A DNA stretch of 64,000 nucleotides from Squalus acanthias (Eukaryota), in the NCBI GenBank assembly GCA_030390025.1, contig CM059432.1:13454001-13518000 (forward strand). Direction: 5' to 3'. This document shows, in pieces, positions 1 through 12,200 of the stretch (position 1 is the stretch's first letter; each line of letters opens with the position of its first letter). Both the position numbers and the translations under genes were made by a program. The notes beneath the pieces are model-generated. The model was not told where the DNA came from. It was given only the letters and a program-made list of their open reading frames with translations, and did no database searches.

Positions 1-435
1 GGGATTTCACTGCCACCCCCCTTCCTTCCTTCCCTCCACTAGCACAGAACACTGAGGCCAGTTGCCACCCAAGCTAAGATTAGCTAACTCTGTACTGACT
101 GAGGATTGAACCTGAGACTTTGTTTTCTATGGCTTAACCGCGACCACTTGTTGACTTCAGCCACTGGGGCCAGAGTTGTCAACCTGCAGCTCAGTGGTCA
201 CATGCAGCTCCTGAGCCCTAGTAATCTGGCCCTCAAAGCATAGGAAACTCAGTCTTTCTTACATTTAGATTTCCTATTTGATGGTTTGCCCAGTTTGCAT
301 TTGGTGAGCCTGGAGGTTTGGAAAGAGCTGTTCTTCGGATTTATCCAAGATACCACTGCTAACACAAAGATCTATTGGTTTTAGCAACTTGATATATATT
401 TAAATTAATGGGAAAATTATTTAAACTCCCTGCTC

Positions 436-1519
436 CTGCATCGTTGCCTCTGGTGTCCTCCAAGGATCTATCCTTGGCCCCCTCCTATTTCTCATTTACA
501 TGCTGCCCCTTGGCGACATCATCCGAAAACACAGCGTCAGTTTCCACATGTACGCTGACGACACCCAGCTCTACCTCACCCCCACCTCCCTCGACCCCTC
601 CGTGGTCTCTAAATTGTCAGACTGCTTGTCCGACATCCAGTTCTGGATGAGCAGAGATTTTCTCCAATTAAATATTGGGAAGACCGAAGCCATTGTTTTT
701 CGTCTCTGCCACAAACTCCGTTCCCTGGCCACCAACTCCATCCCTCTCCCTAGCATCTGTCTGAGGCTGAATCAGACTGTTTGCAACCTTGGTGTCATAT
801 TTGACCCTGAAATGAGATTCCGACCACACATCTGTGGCATAACTAAGACCACCTATTTCCACCTCTGTCTCCGCCCCGCCTCAGTTCATCTGTTGAAACC
901 CTCATCCATGCCTTTGTTACCTCTAGACTTGACTATTCCAACGCACTCCTGGCTGGCCTCCCATATTCTACCCTAAGTAAACTTGAGGTCATCCAAAACT
1001 TGGCTGCCCATGTCCTAACTTGCACCAAGTCCCATTCACCTATCACCTCTGTGCTCGCTGACCTACATTGGCTCCCAGTTAAGCAACGCCTCGATTTTTA
1101 ACATTCTCATACTTGATTTCAAATCCCTCCATGGCCTTGCCCCTACCTATTTCTGTAATCTCCTCCAGCCCCACAAACCTCGCCCCCCCCCCCCCCCCCC
1201 CCCCCACCCCAGGAGATCGCTGCACTCCTCTAATTCTGCCCTCTTGAACATCGCTGATTATAATCGCTGAACCATTGGTGGCTGTGCCTTCAGCTGCCTA
1301 GGCCCCAAGCTCTGGAATTCCCTCCCTAAACCTCTCTGCCTCTACCTCTTTCCTCCTTTTTGGAATTCTCCTTAAAACCTACTTCTTTGACCAAGCTTTT
1401 GGTCATCTGCCCTAATTTCTCCTTGTGTGGCTCGATGTCAAAGATTTTTGTCTTGTAACACTCCTGTGAAGCGCCTTGGGATGTTTTACTACATTAAAGG
1501 CGCTATATAAATACAAGTT
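436..1519 (+). mobile_element. L2-clade LINE, 5'-truncated and frameshifted
   Basis: RT motifs (degenerate GVPQGS-LGP; FHMYADDTQLY; FLQLNIGKTEAI) and 3' tail ...aaaggcgctatataaatacaagtt. Poly-C insert at about 1183-1210. Confidence 0.85.
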
Positions 1520-1760
1520 AAAATATCCTTCACTCAAGGCTATATGACCTCCTTGACCCCCTCCCCTGCCAAGGCTCTACGGTATGCACCTATGACTATT
1601 AGATAGAAACTTGGCCACCCCTAGATTAGGCCATTAGAGAGCTTCTGGATGGATTTTAAAACCAATTCAAATTGGAATCACAGGGAAGACTAAAATGTGA
1701 GCTGTCAAATCAAGAGCAGACTGCTTTGCTGGGGAGCTACTAAGCAATTTTCATTCAATA

Positions 1761-2052
1761 TAGAATCATACAATGGTTACAGCACAGAAGGAGGTCATTC
1801 GGCCTGTCGAGCCTGTGCCGGCTCTTTGCAAGAGCACTTCAACTAGTCCCTCTCCCCTGCCCTTTCCCCGTAGCCCTGCAAATTTTTTTCCTTCAGGTAC
1901 TTATCCAATTCCCTTTTGAAAGCCACAATTGAATCTGCCTCCACCACCCTTTCAGGCAGTGCATTTCAGATCCTAACCAGTCGCTGCGTAAAGTTTTTCC
2001 TCATGTCGCCTTTGGTTCTTCTGCCAATCACCTTAAATCTGTGTCCTCTGGT
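1761..2052 (-). mobile_element. CR1 LINE 3' fragment
   Basis: tagaatcat-type tail and near identity to the 3' end of the CR1 at 45472 onward. Confidence 0.8.
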
Positions 2053-2269
2053 TTGTATTTGTTTTAATGATCAGACAGAATTTGCATTGCAGTCCTCATA
2101 ATTAAATTGATAGAATTTGCTTAACTGGGCACTAAACATATGATTTTCTTTTGGTGGTTCTTTTGGTAATAGTGTACAATACTTAGATGTTGAGTTCGGG
2201 TCACCATGCAGTGCTTCCTGCTAACTAAGACTTGAGTTCCTGGATGAAAACTATGCTCGTCAAGTTTGA

Positions 2270-2575
2270 TAAATGAGTAATTGAACCATGCAGAGCAGGA
2301 AAGTCCGAGGTTTAGTTCGCCATCTCTACTGACTTTGCTGATGTCAGCTGAGTCAGCAGGCACTGCAGTTGACAGTAGTCTCTGGGTTAGGGAGGGGAAA
2401 ATGGGTCCGGATACCTGTTTGTTTTTGGGATCCAGTGACTCCTGCTATAAGTTTGCCCGTGTTGACATCAGGTGAGGACAAGATCAGGCTTTGTGTGACA
2501 TCCCTTGCTGTCGAATAGCCTGCTGAGACTTCACTTGCTTTCAGTCATGACCCTGGAGAAGGAGATGAGGGGCAA
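2270..2575 (+). mobile_element. Old tRNA-derived SINE, unassigned family. Other copies at about 1-170(-), 5060-5430(+), 6720-7120(-), 34580-34740(-), 35030-35295(+), 36700-37010(+), 37440-37915(+), 39356-39770(+)
   Basis: Recurring degenerate motif series gaccaggaaggtcccaggtt...ctgagttagctga...ggcctcagtgccc...gggtgaggacaggat...aatagcctgc across these loci. Confidence 0.65.
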
Positions 2576-3103
2576 ACTACATTTCTTCAATTCAGTCATA
2601 TCTTGTAGCAGAAAAAAAGTCAGCATAGTGGAGGTCTCAAGGGAGCACACAAAAATGCAGCAACCAGAGTAATCAAAGAAAAATGGTTTAAGCACTGGTT
2701 TAGATTGCCCATGAACTGTTTGTGTCCAATTTTATTTGAATCTCATCAATTTCTATACAATATTCATTTAACAATTGACTATTTGCTGTTTAACATTCTA
2801 CTAATCCAGTAAATTGGATGGGTATTTCTTAACTTGGTGATGGAATCGTGGGATTGGAGTTTCCACCAAATGAAATAATTGTGTTAAGACATGAAATCCC
2901 TCACGGCCAGTTTAAAAAGTTAATGAATGACTCGACAGAAACACAGCTTTTGTTAAAAAGCATTAGTTTTAAGTTTCTTTCCACTGCTTCCAATCAATCA
3001 GTCAATGAAATAACAACTTTGTAATGCATGTATTCTATTTTAAGCTCTTTCTATTGAGCTGATTGGTTACAGACTACTTCATGCCTTCATTTACTACTTG
3101 TAG

Positions 3104-3250
3104 GTGAGGAAGACAAGCCAGGCAGCGTTACTGGTGGTGTTGGAACAAGAGATAATAGAAAGATATGATGTGGAGACCAAAGTATGTCCTGTTCTACTAG
3201 ATCTAACTGCTCCTGAAAGCAATGATGATCTGAAAACAGAAGCTGTAGCA
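3104..3250 (+). CDS. PPP4R1: PPP4R1 coding exon ([49 protein letters not shown])
   Basis: ttgtag acceptor, gtaagt donor, 147 nt, phase 0-0. Too short for the ORF track; translated by hand. Confidence 0.96.
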
Positions 3251-6200
3251 GTAAGTGAAATGCATATAATTTTTAATTAAATTTAGTTGTACAGATACTA
3301 ATGAGAAGATTGCTAACATACAGTAGGATCTGGATACATTGAGTTCAGGCTAAAAGATGGCAACTGAAGTTTCATGTACAATGTATATAAGGTAATGTGG
3401 TTAGTGTAGGAAATGTGTACATAATGGAAGTATATTAACAGGTGGAAAAGGAAAAAGTTTAGCTGGTGGTAGAAATGGAGTAAATGTGTATGTTCTTAAA
3501 ATTGACTCTTCAAATCAATAGGATTCACAACATTGAATGTCAGATGTCACAGATTTATTAAGTCTGCAATAATTAAACACGCACTTAACAGCAGTACCTA
3601 GGACGAAACCTTGAGCTTTAGCCGGAGAACTCAAACGCGTTAACTGTTCCGAGCTCAGTATATAGGTTGATCAGTCCTTAATTGATTTCTAAAGTATCTG
3701 TTTCAACGCCCACTTTTTAATCCCTTTTTCTCACCCCTTCTACGTGACAATTTGCATGTTTCTTCTTGTGTATCATTCAGCACTGCTTTGATTACGTTCT
3801 GTCCTTGCAGCCACAGATCCGTAACTCCCTTTTACTTGACTCTCATTCCCTAACTTTCAAGCTGTCGTCTTTTTTCAGGCAGCAAAGGGAGTTTTTCCTG
3901 CCTATCCTGTTTCTGTGCCAAACCCTTTCTTACTCATTGCTCCTATTACCTTTTCTCATTTAAGTAGGTGGTTGCAACCTTAGACTAGTTGTATACTTTT
4001 ACTTCCCTACTTTGTTATCTTAGCAATAGTTTCACTCTTGATACTATTCTACCAAATGAAACTTCTAATTATAAATCTGTGCCATTCCATACCAATCTCC
4101 TTCTGAAAAGGATGATGTAGTCACAGATGTTCCCTTCTGCAGAACTTGCTATCAACTAATTAAAGGTCTCTGCAGTATGCACTGGGATGTCTTTTAATTA
4201 GGTTTATGGTCGAAGCTGACTTGCTTTATGGTCAGTCTTCATTCAACAGTTCCTGAGAGGGCCATGAAGGCTGCAGCAATGATGGTCACTTTGTGTGTGC
4301 CAGGAGGAGCGTTAATGCTCCCTAGTCCCACAAAAATAGTTTACAAACCTTTTTTCAGTTTTTGAGACATCCCTTTTTAAAAACTGCTGATAGACTGCTA
4401 AATGCCAGTTACCAATGGGCAGAGCATGCGATGTGCGCACTCTGCTCATTGGTACCTCAAAACTGCCCTAGTCCTGTTGACATCATAGAACCCCTATTCG
4501 GAAGGGCCAATGAGGCTCCCGTCTGTTTCTGCTGACCACTTGGGCCTTCCATTTCAAGGCCCACCACCAAAATCATGGAGACCTGGGCATTAGTAGGAAC
4601 AGTGCAGCAAGTGCTGTGCTGCTTTTTTTAATTGCACTGCCACCCCATACCCAGCCAGTGGAGGGAATGAAAGTTAGCCCTAATGTACGTAAACTGGGTG
4701 TCCCCACCTTCAGGATCTGGATGAATTGGAGATAATTCAGGTCAAAAATGGTTCGCAGACTTGAAACTCTTAGTTTTCTAAGGAGTTGCAGAACTAAAAG
4801 TTTAAGAGGGGACATGTCTTAAATGTAGAAAGGCATGAATAGCACAAATGTAAACGGGCTATTTATATAAAATGGTGACTATGTGGAAGTGGAGGATACA
4901 AGTGTAATCTTGATGAGCGTCAAGCAAGGATAGAAGTATTCCTTCCTATACACCAAGCAGCAGGCATGTGGAATAGACAATAAGTGGTTATTTCTGCATT
5001 GATACTTTTAAAGGAAAAGCTGAAGGGTAGCTCCCCTGATAGTCTGGTGGGTACAGATAATAACTGATGCAGCATTAAACCATACTGATCAGGTATTCCA
5101 GGTTCCACTTACTGGCCTTTGTTGAGTTAGCTGTTCTTGAACAAGAAGCTTTGGTACTACAGTTGGCCTCTGCCCTTGACTAAGAAGAAAAATCAGCCAG
5201 GTTTTGAGCTCCAGATGCACTGTCCAGTGACACTTATGGAAACCTGTGAATGTATGGACACTGGACGAGAATAGGTTTGGGCTCACCGTAATGCCTTCCA
5301 TGGTGGAATAGGCTGCCGATACAGTGCTTAAGCGCAACATGAAGAATGGCCACCTCTTGGATGAGGTTCCAGAGAACCACCTGCACCCACCAAATCGTAC
5401 CCCAATATTCGTATCAACTTTAAGAGGGTGAATAGGTTTCTAGGACATGGAAACAGGAGTCCATATGTGGCACAGCCTCTCTGATGCCTTGAGATTTTTG
5501 TGTTTTTTATACCAATACCAATCGAGTTATGCTTTACTCATCTCATGTGGAGGATGCATGTTATTTTAAGATTGAAGGGGACCAGATCAATACTTTAAAA
5601 TAATCGTGAAGATTTTAACTGCTTTTTCTTCAAGCCAGTTGAGAATAGGACTTTTGGGTCAGTAGTGGGGGTAAGCGCTTGTAGGTTTTGTGTTGTATGT
5701 CCTTAAATAGGTTGTGAATAGTTTTTAATCACAGCAATTGCATGTGTGCCCAATAGGGACAAAACTCTGTTTCACAGAAGTTAGAAAAACTTGCTGCAGT
5801 AGTTTTGATTTCTATTTTACAGGTGATTTTTGGATAAGTAATTTGATTGAGAAATTTATATGAAAGAAAATCCTTTTGTTCTGCCATTACTTCCATTGTT
5901 TGCTTTTTCCCTTCATTGTAGATAATGTGTAAAATGGCTCCCATGGTGGGAAAGGCTATCACAGAAAGATATATACTGCACCGATTCTGTGAGATGTGCT
6001 GTGATTGCCGAATGTTCCACGTTCGCAAGGTTAGTTTGTGATATCACCTGTTGGTTTCTCCCCTCCCCACACCGCCATTTTTTCTTATAATTTGAACGAA
6101 ACATGACTTTCTTCTTCCAGGTGTGTGCTGCCAATATTGGAGATATATCCAGTGTCGTTGGTCGTGAGGCCACCGAAGAATTGCTGGTAGGTATGCATAA

Positions 6201-9200
6201 AATGGTAATCGGCACTCCAGAGCAAATCTTGTCTTCGGCTATCGAGGGCTGCAAAGCGGGGGGGAAAAATCCTTATGTTTTGTTTATACATTTGTTATCT
6301 TGCCATGGCGCATTGTTCTGAACAAATAACATGGTTAATAGTTTTGCTAAGCTTGTCAAGTACTGTACAGCAGTTGATCCTACCCCATGAATAATAATTC
6401 GATCAGAACTTGGTTAATGAAAAAAGTGAGCATGTGTATACATGTGCATTTAATAAACACCATTTTGTTTTCTGGAATTGGAATGCAATTAGCAACGCTT
6501 TATTGTACATCATGTGTTGAATAAGTCTATTGACAAACCCCATCAAAACCGCAGGCACTTGCACTCATGATGAGTGCATGACTCCATTAATATTGGGTCT
6601 GTTGACATTTGTTGCTTTGCCGCTCTCGGATTTCTTTCTGTTCGTTAGTTGGCAATAAAGCTATATTTTTCAACAAGTAGAACTGAGTAGGTCTTAGTGT
6701 TGTTTCCTATTATTTGTTTCCTATTTCCTTCTTTTCCTCCCTTTCCCTAGAAGGCTCATCCTGGGGTAAGGTTCGACAGGTGCCGGCAGCCTTCTGGTAA
6801 TTCACCAAGAACCATTCTTAATGTATGAACCTTGACAGTGAGTGTCGGCAGGCTATTTGACCACGGCATAGCGGGGGGGGTGCGGGCGGGGAAAGGTTAT
6901 TGAAGCTGAGTCTGATCCTATCCCGACACATTCACTTTCCGGCGGGTGGGGGGGTCACTGGATACAAATCAGTGTAGGGACCCTTCCCGCCCAAGTCTAG
7001 AGTCACTGAGACCAATTGTAACTGAAACTACTGTACTCAGATCAAAAAACTCAGACCAGGGTTTGAGTCATGGATCACTTAAATGTATAAAGCTCAGTAT
7101 CGCAGCACTTGAGCATCAGGGGAATTTGTATTTTGCTTTTCACCTATTGCTTCCAATTCTTCTGAAAAAGAGTTCTTAATCTAAAGTAATTTAATGTTGA
7201 ATTTTGAAGCAACAACAATTGAAAGGTGATAAAATGTGGAATTGTATTTGATTTATGTTCAGTGTACTTCTCAAATAAACTCAGTTTTTTCATTTTATAT
7301 TTTGGTTTCTGGAGATCCCATGATTGAAATACAAATGGAAAAAAAATCGCCTCAGGCACTTTACATTGAAATTAGTTTTCAATCCTGTGACTCTTTTGAA
7401 CATTCCTGCTTGTGTTCTGACTTTCATTTTGTGAAGTGCCTTGAGACATTTTGCTGCATTAAATACAAATGCAAGTACTTGAAATTTTATTCACCACTTG
7501 GAATAAAATTAAAAATATTGTAAATATTATTTTGAATTAATATATTGTGTGTTTGTTGCAAAGGCCCAAGAATGCCACAATCCACATTTTAAAAAAAAAA
7601 ACTCACTCCAGTCTGAAATGAAGTGTCAACTATAATTGAAAATCCCATTTTCTTTTTTTTTTTTCCTGTGCAGTTACCCAGGTTCTTCCAGCTCTGCTCT
7701 GATAATGTATGGGGAGTGCGGAAAGCATGTGCCGAATGCTTTATGGGCATTTCTTGTGCAACCTCTCAGGAAGTTCGGAGAACAAAACTGTCTTCACTGT
7801 TCATTAATCTAATCAGCGACCCTTCACGATGGGTGAGTTACCACGTCTTTTCTGTGTGTATGTTCTGAATCTTTAGTAGATGAGCAATGAAATTACCACG
7901 TTTGTATTGCTACCGTAATTCTCTGTAGTGAACTGCACATACATCTAATATGTGCAGTTCACTACAGAGAATTATAGTAGCAATAATAAATCTAATTTAT
8001 GTGGTTAATGAACTCTAAACGATTGCCGTCCTACTCAGTACAGTGTTCTGTTTCTTTTCTGTAGGGTTATGCCTGAGTTTCTAATTGGCACCAAAAAAAT
8101 GTTGTTTTTCTTCCTAACTGGTGCCAGACATTGTCACTTTTTTTCAATGAACCATCAGGCCTCTCTTTATAGTTGCCAAGATATTTCCTACTCCCCAACC
8201 TCAGTCCCAGTCTCTCCCATCATGGTAGCACCTCCCACTGGCCTCCTGTTTTCTCGAAGCTCAGTCTGGCATCTGCATCTCTTGCTTTATCACAGAGTCC
8301 AGCTTCCTTTTTAGATTTACCGCAGATCCCTCAGGCCTCCAGCTTTCTCAGGTACTTGTCCTTTTCTGCTCATTGCCCTGGTCTCTAAATCCAGCATTCT
8401 ATATTCTACTTAAGCGTAAGCATTGTCCTTAGCCTGTGCGCATCGCTGTAGGAGATGTACGTAATCTAGTTCATTTCCTGTGAAGTTTCTCGCAGGCTGC
8501 AAGAGTGGGACTATGCGAGAAGATGTCGATAGATACAATTGTGCATATGGGATTAGGCAGAATTTCAAACAGTAACAGGGAGAGCGCGAAGGGTTCCAGT
8601 AACGGAGAGGAGAGGGTGAAGCATTCCAGTAACCGAGAGAGGCTAGACAAGCATGAGGGAGAAGGGAATAGAGGGTTATGCTGATAGATTTAGATGAGGA
8701 AAGACAGGAGGAGGCTCAAGGGGAGCATAAATGCCAGCGTGGACTGGTTGGGCCGAATGGCCTGTTTCTGTGCTGTATATCCTATGTTTAAAAAAAAATC
8801 TAATTTATGTGGAGAAGAGCAAGCCAAGAACAGAAAAAAATGGTTTTTTTTAAATAACTTGGCATGTAAGGATAGTAGTTTTCCAAGATGTGTCCCAGTG
8901 TGCAGTACCATAGATGCAAATGGATGGGCAACGTTATCTATTTTAGGGCAAATTAACTTTTTTTTAATGAACTTGTGTTTATACAGCTGTATATATTCAG
9001 CTGGGACAAAAAAAATGATGACTGCAACCACTTCAATCAAATAATTATACCAATTTTGATTTGTTAAAATTACAGCCTTTAAGTGTCCACTTTCCTGATC
9101 TCTTTCAGCAAATCGGTATACAAGTTGCTTATTTGAGCTTGTGTTAAGTTGGCTTCTATTCTGCTACAGACAAATTTAATATGCTACCTTAATATTGAAT

Positions 9201-12200
9201 ATTTGACATATGCACAAAACTTCAAATTATATAGATTGGTATCTCTGTCTTATTTGTATATAGCTTAATTCTGATATGTGTCTGTGTGTACTAGTCAATC
9301 TCCTCCCAAGGCATTTTAAACAGTAATTCAGAGAATATGGTCTCTTTGCTGTCTCTGTTTTCATTTTGCTGCCTTGTCTTTCTCTTTTTTTTTCCTCCCC
9401 TCGCCTTTTCTCTATCGCTTTCTCAAGCTTAATCTGTAATTTTCTTTTTTGTTTTGGATAGTGTGCTGAGGAAAGAAGCCACCAAGTGCAAGTTGTATTT
9501 GTGGTGGGCGTTGTAAGGAAAATGCAGTCCTCCGTGTCTCCCTTTCTGTCCCCTCCTCCAATCACTCATGCTTTCTGCCCCCACTACCATCGTATTCCCC
9601 ATCCCCTACCATCCCTTGCACCTGTTACAGCCCCTATCTCTTCCCCTTCGAGCTATCTGCTAAGCCCTTGTATCTTCCTGCCACCCATAGGCTTTCTTCC
9701 ACTTCCCCCAAGGGGCCTGAGGCCGGCTTGCCCTTGATCTTTTTTCCTCCTATCCTTTTTCTTTTAGATGATTTGTTTGCTTTCAAATCTCAACTTGGGG
9801 TTATAACCAGCAATCAAATTAGAATGAGGGAAGTCTCTTCCTTGACCCCATGACTCCTTGGTCACAACAATAGTTCTTTCAAGTCTCCAGTGCTCCCAAA
9901 CCCCATCATTCAAAACTCCCCTCATTACCCCTAGTTTAATGAATCAATGCTTGATATCCCACACCTACCACCCTGTCTCACTGCTTCCAGAACGCTGGAT
10001 CATCAATACTGTTAATCTCCTCTTCCCCCTCCGGCCGTAAAACCCTTTCCCAGTACTGTTGCTTTTGTCCTAACTACAGAGATATGCAATGCTAGGACAA
10101 ATATTTTGTGCAAATGCATGGATGTGTGTATATATTGTACCTTCAGCTCCCACATTTCTGTCTTTATTACTCCCTGGCCACCTGATTACACAATCATTTT
10201 AGAATTGTTTTGAAAGTTTTAACTAAGTATTGTTGAGAATAGTGCACAACATCAGTAAAGAAGATTCTGCTAACATTCATAAACTGTTTGAACTTCACTC
10301 TTATTTATAGACCAAAACTGCTTTTAAACATTGTGAACTTCGCCAAGTTAACTATTCCACACTTGGTTACTAGGATTAGTTTACTTTCCACCTGTAAGAA
10401 TTACTGCAGATTGTGGTGGAAAACTGTATTGAGGGTAGCATTTTAACGTTGAAGTGTTCTGTTGTTTGCAGGTTCGTCAAGCTGCCTTCCAGTCATTAGG
10501 TCCTTTTATCTCAACCTTTGCAAGCTCTTCCGGTGCTGGTCATTACTTCAAAGAGGAAGACGTGTTTTCTTCCAAGAATGTATTGGAGAGTAAAGAGACA
10601 GAAAACAATAACAGGTATGCTCTGGAGTCAATGGTTGATAGTACCTGCATACTTTTTTTTGGACCATACCATTTTATTAATTTTCGGGATGTGGGCATTG
10701 CTAGCAAAGCTAGCTTTCATTATCCATCCCTAATTTCCCTGTACCACTGAGTGGCTTGCTAGGCCACTTCAGAGGGCAGTTCAGAGTCAATCATTTTTGT
10801 GTGGGACTGGAGTCACACATAGGCCAGGATGGGCAACGACAGCAGGTTTCTTTCCCTAAAGGACATAAGTGAACCACTTGGGATTTTACGACCGTTCAAA
10901 TTCTCAAAGTGCAATGGTGTGATTTGAGCTTGCGTACTCTGGCTCATTAGTCCAGTCCTCCTAGCTTGCTAGTTCAATAGCATAACCATTACACTACCAT
11001 ACCACGATCTATTTTGTTGCTGCAGGGTAATAATTTGGTCTGCACATGTTACATTTGTTTCTCACTATTTTCCCCTCTGCTGCCTTTCTGTGACACTTTC
11101 CCTTGCTAGCTGAGATCAGTTTCAGGCCTTTTGCAATTGAAGTGTAGCCAGCCATGAATGTGAAATCTGTGGGTTTTTTTTTTACAGTAATTAAAAGCAT
11201 GCTTCATAAACAAATATGCTATTCATTAAACAATCCATGATAATTCTCTAGAATGGCCTTGTCCTTGGGAATCATTTTCACTAGTATTGTTACGTGTTCC
11301 TCGGTGATATCCATGCTGGGCAATGGAACTTTGAAAACTAGCACTTTGAAAATCGAGTATTTGGATTAAACACTTCCAGGTTAAGTAGAATGAGTTAGAT
11401 GCAGATTTTAAAACCTCCCCATCTGTTCTTCCCAATAGTCTGTTGCAACCTTAGCATTGGATAGGATAGTATGATCAACACAATGCATATATCCTGTGTT
11501 TATATTTAAACTTTGTTCTATAAACAAAAGCAATATTTTAGATCATTACAGCTACGATTTCTGTGGTGTTTATGTATCCCAATATCCACAGCATCCTGCT
11601 ATGTTCAGTGAAGCGACTTTCTCGTACTAATTGATGGCTTCATAATGTTAAAACCATCATATTTGTTATGTAATCCTTGAAATGAGGATCCCTCTATAAT
11701 TGCACAGGAAACTCTTTGGTGGCCGGGATGGTGCCGGTTTATTAAAAATTCCGGATAACGGAGATGTATACCTACCAAGGTATGAGAGCCCCGTTACACA
11801 GGTGCAGGAGTCCCGGTTACACGGCCACAGGTGCAGAACCCCGGTTACACGGCCACTAATATACAGTAAAACTTAGCTGAACCGACTCCTGAATTTTGCC
11901 GGTTAATAGAGAATTCCGGTTATTTAGGTGCTGTTTAAACGAGAGTTTCCTGCACATGGTTTTAAAAAGTTGTCCTCTATTGAATATCAATACGGTGTAG
12001 TATATACATATTATTCAGCATTGACGCAGTGCTCGGCTATTAAAACATGCTTCGTCACTCTGAGCCTAATGAAATCAGGGAAATGGTGTCCAAGTGGCAG
12101 ATCCAATTGAGATCTAATTTTATTATAAAAGAACTGCAGTGCTATGATTTTACAAGGAATACCCTTGTTTAAGATCATTGCAGGAAAAGTTGTGGAGTAT

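Noticed and set aside
1183..1210. Poly-C run as a functional G-quadruplex or i-motif
   Set aside because: Lies inside a decayed L2; homopolymer expansion or sequencing artefact is sufficient explanation.
4205..4682. Possible Harbinger-type MITE ending aaagttagccc (similar GC-rich patch at about 63110-63650)
   Set aside because: I could not find a matching left TIR or TSD, so it is not listed as a feature.
11780..11860. Short repeated units that could suggest a CRISPR-like array
   Set aside because: Internal tandem repeats of a MITE without unique spacers, in eukaryotic DNA.
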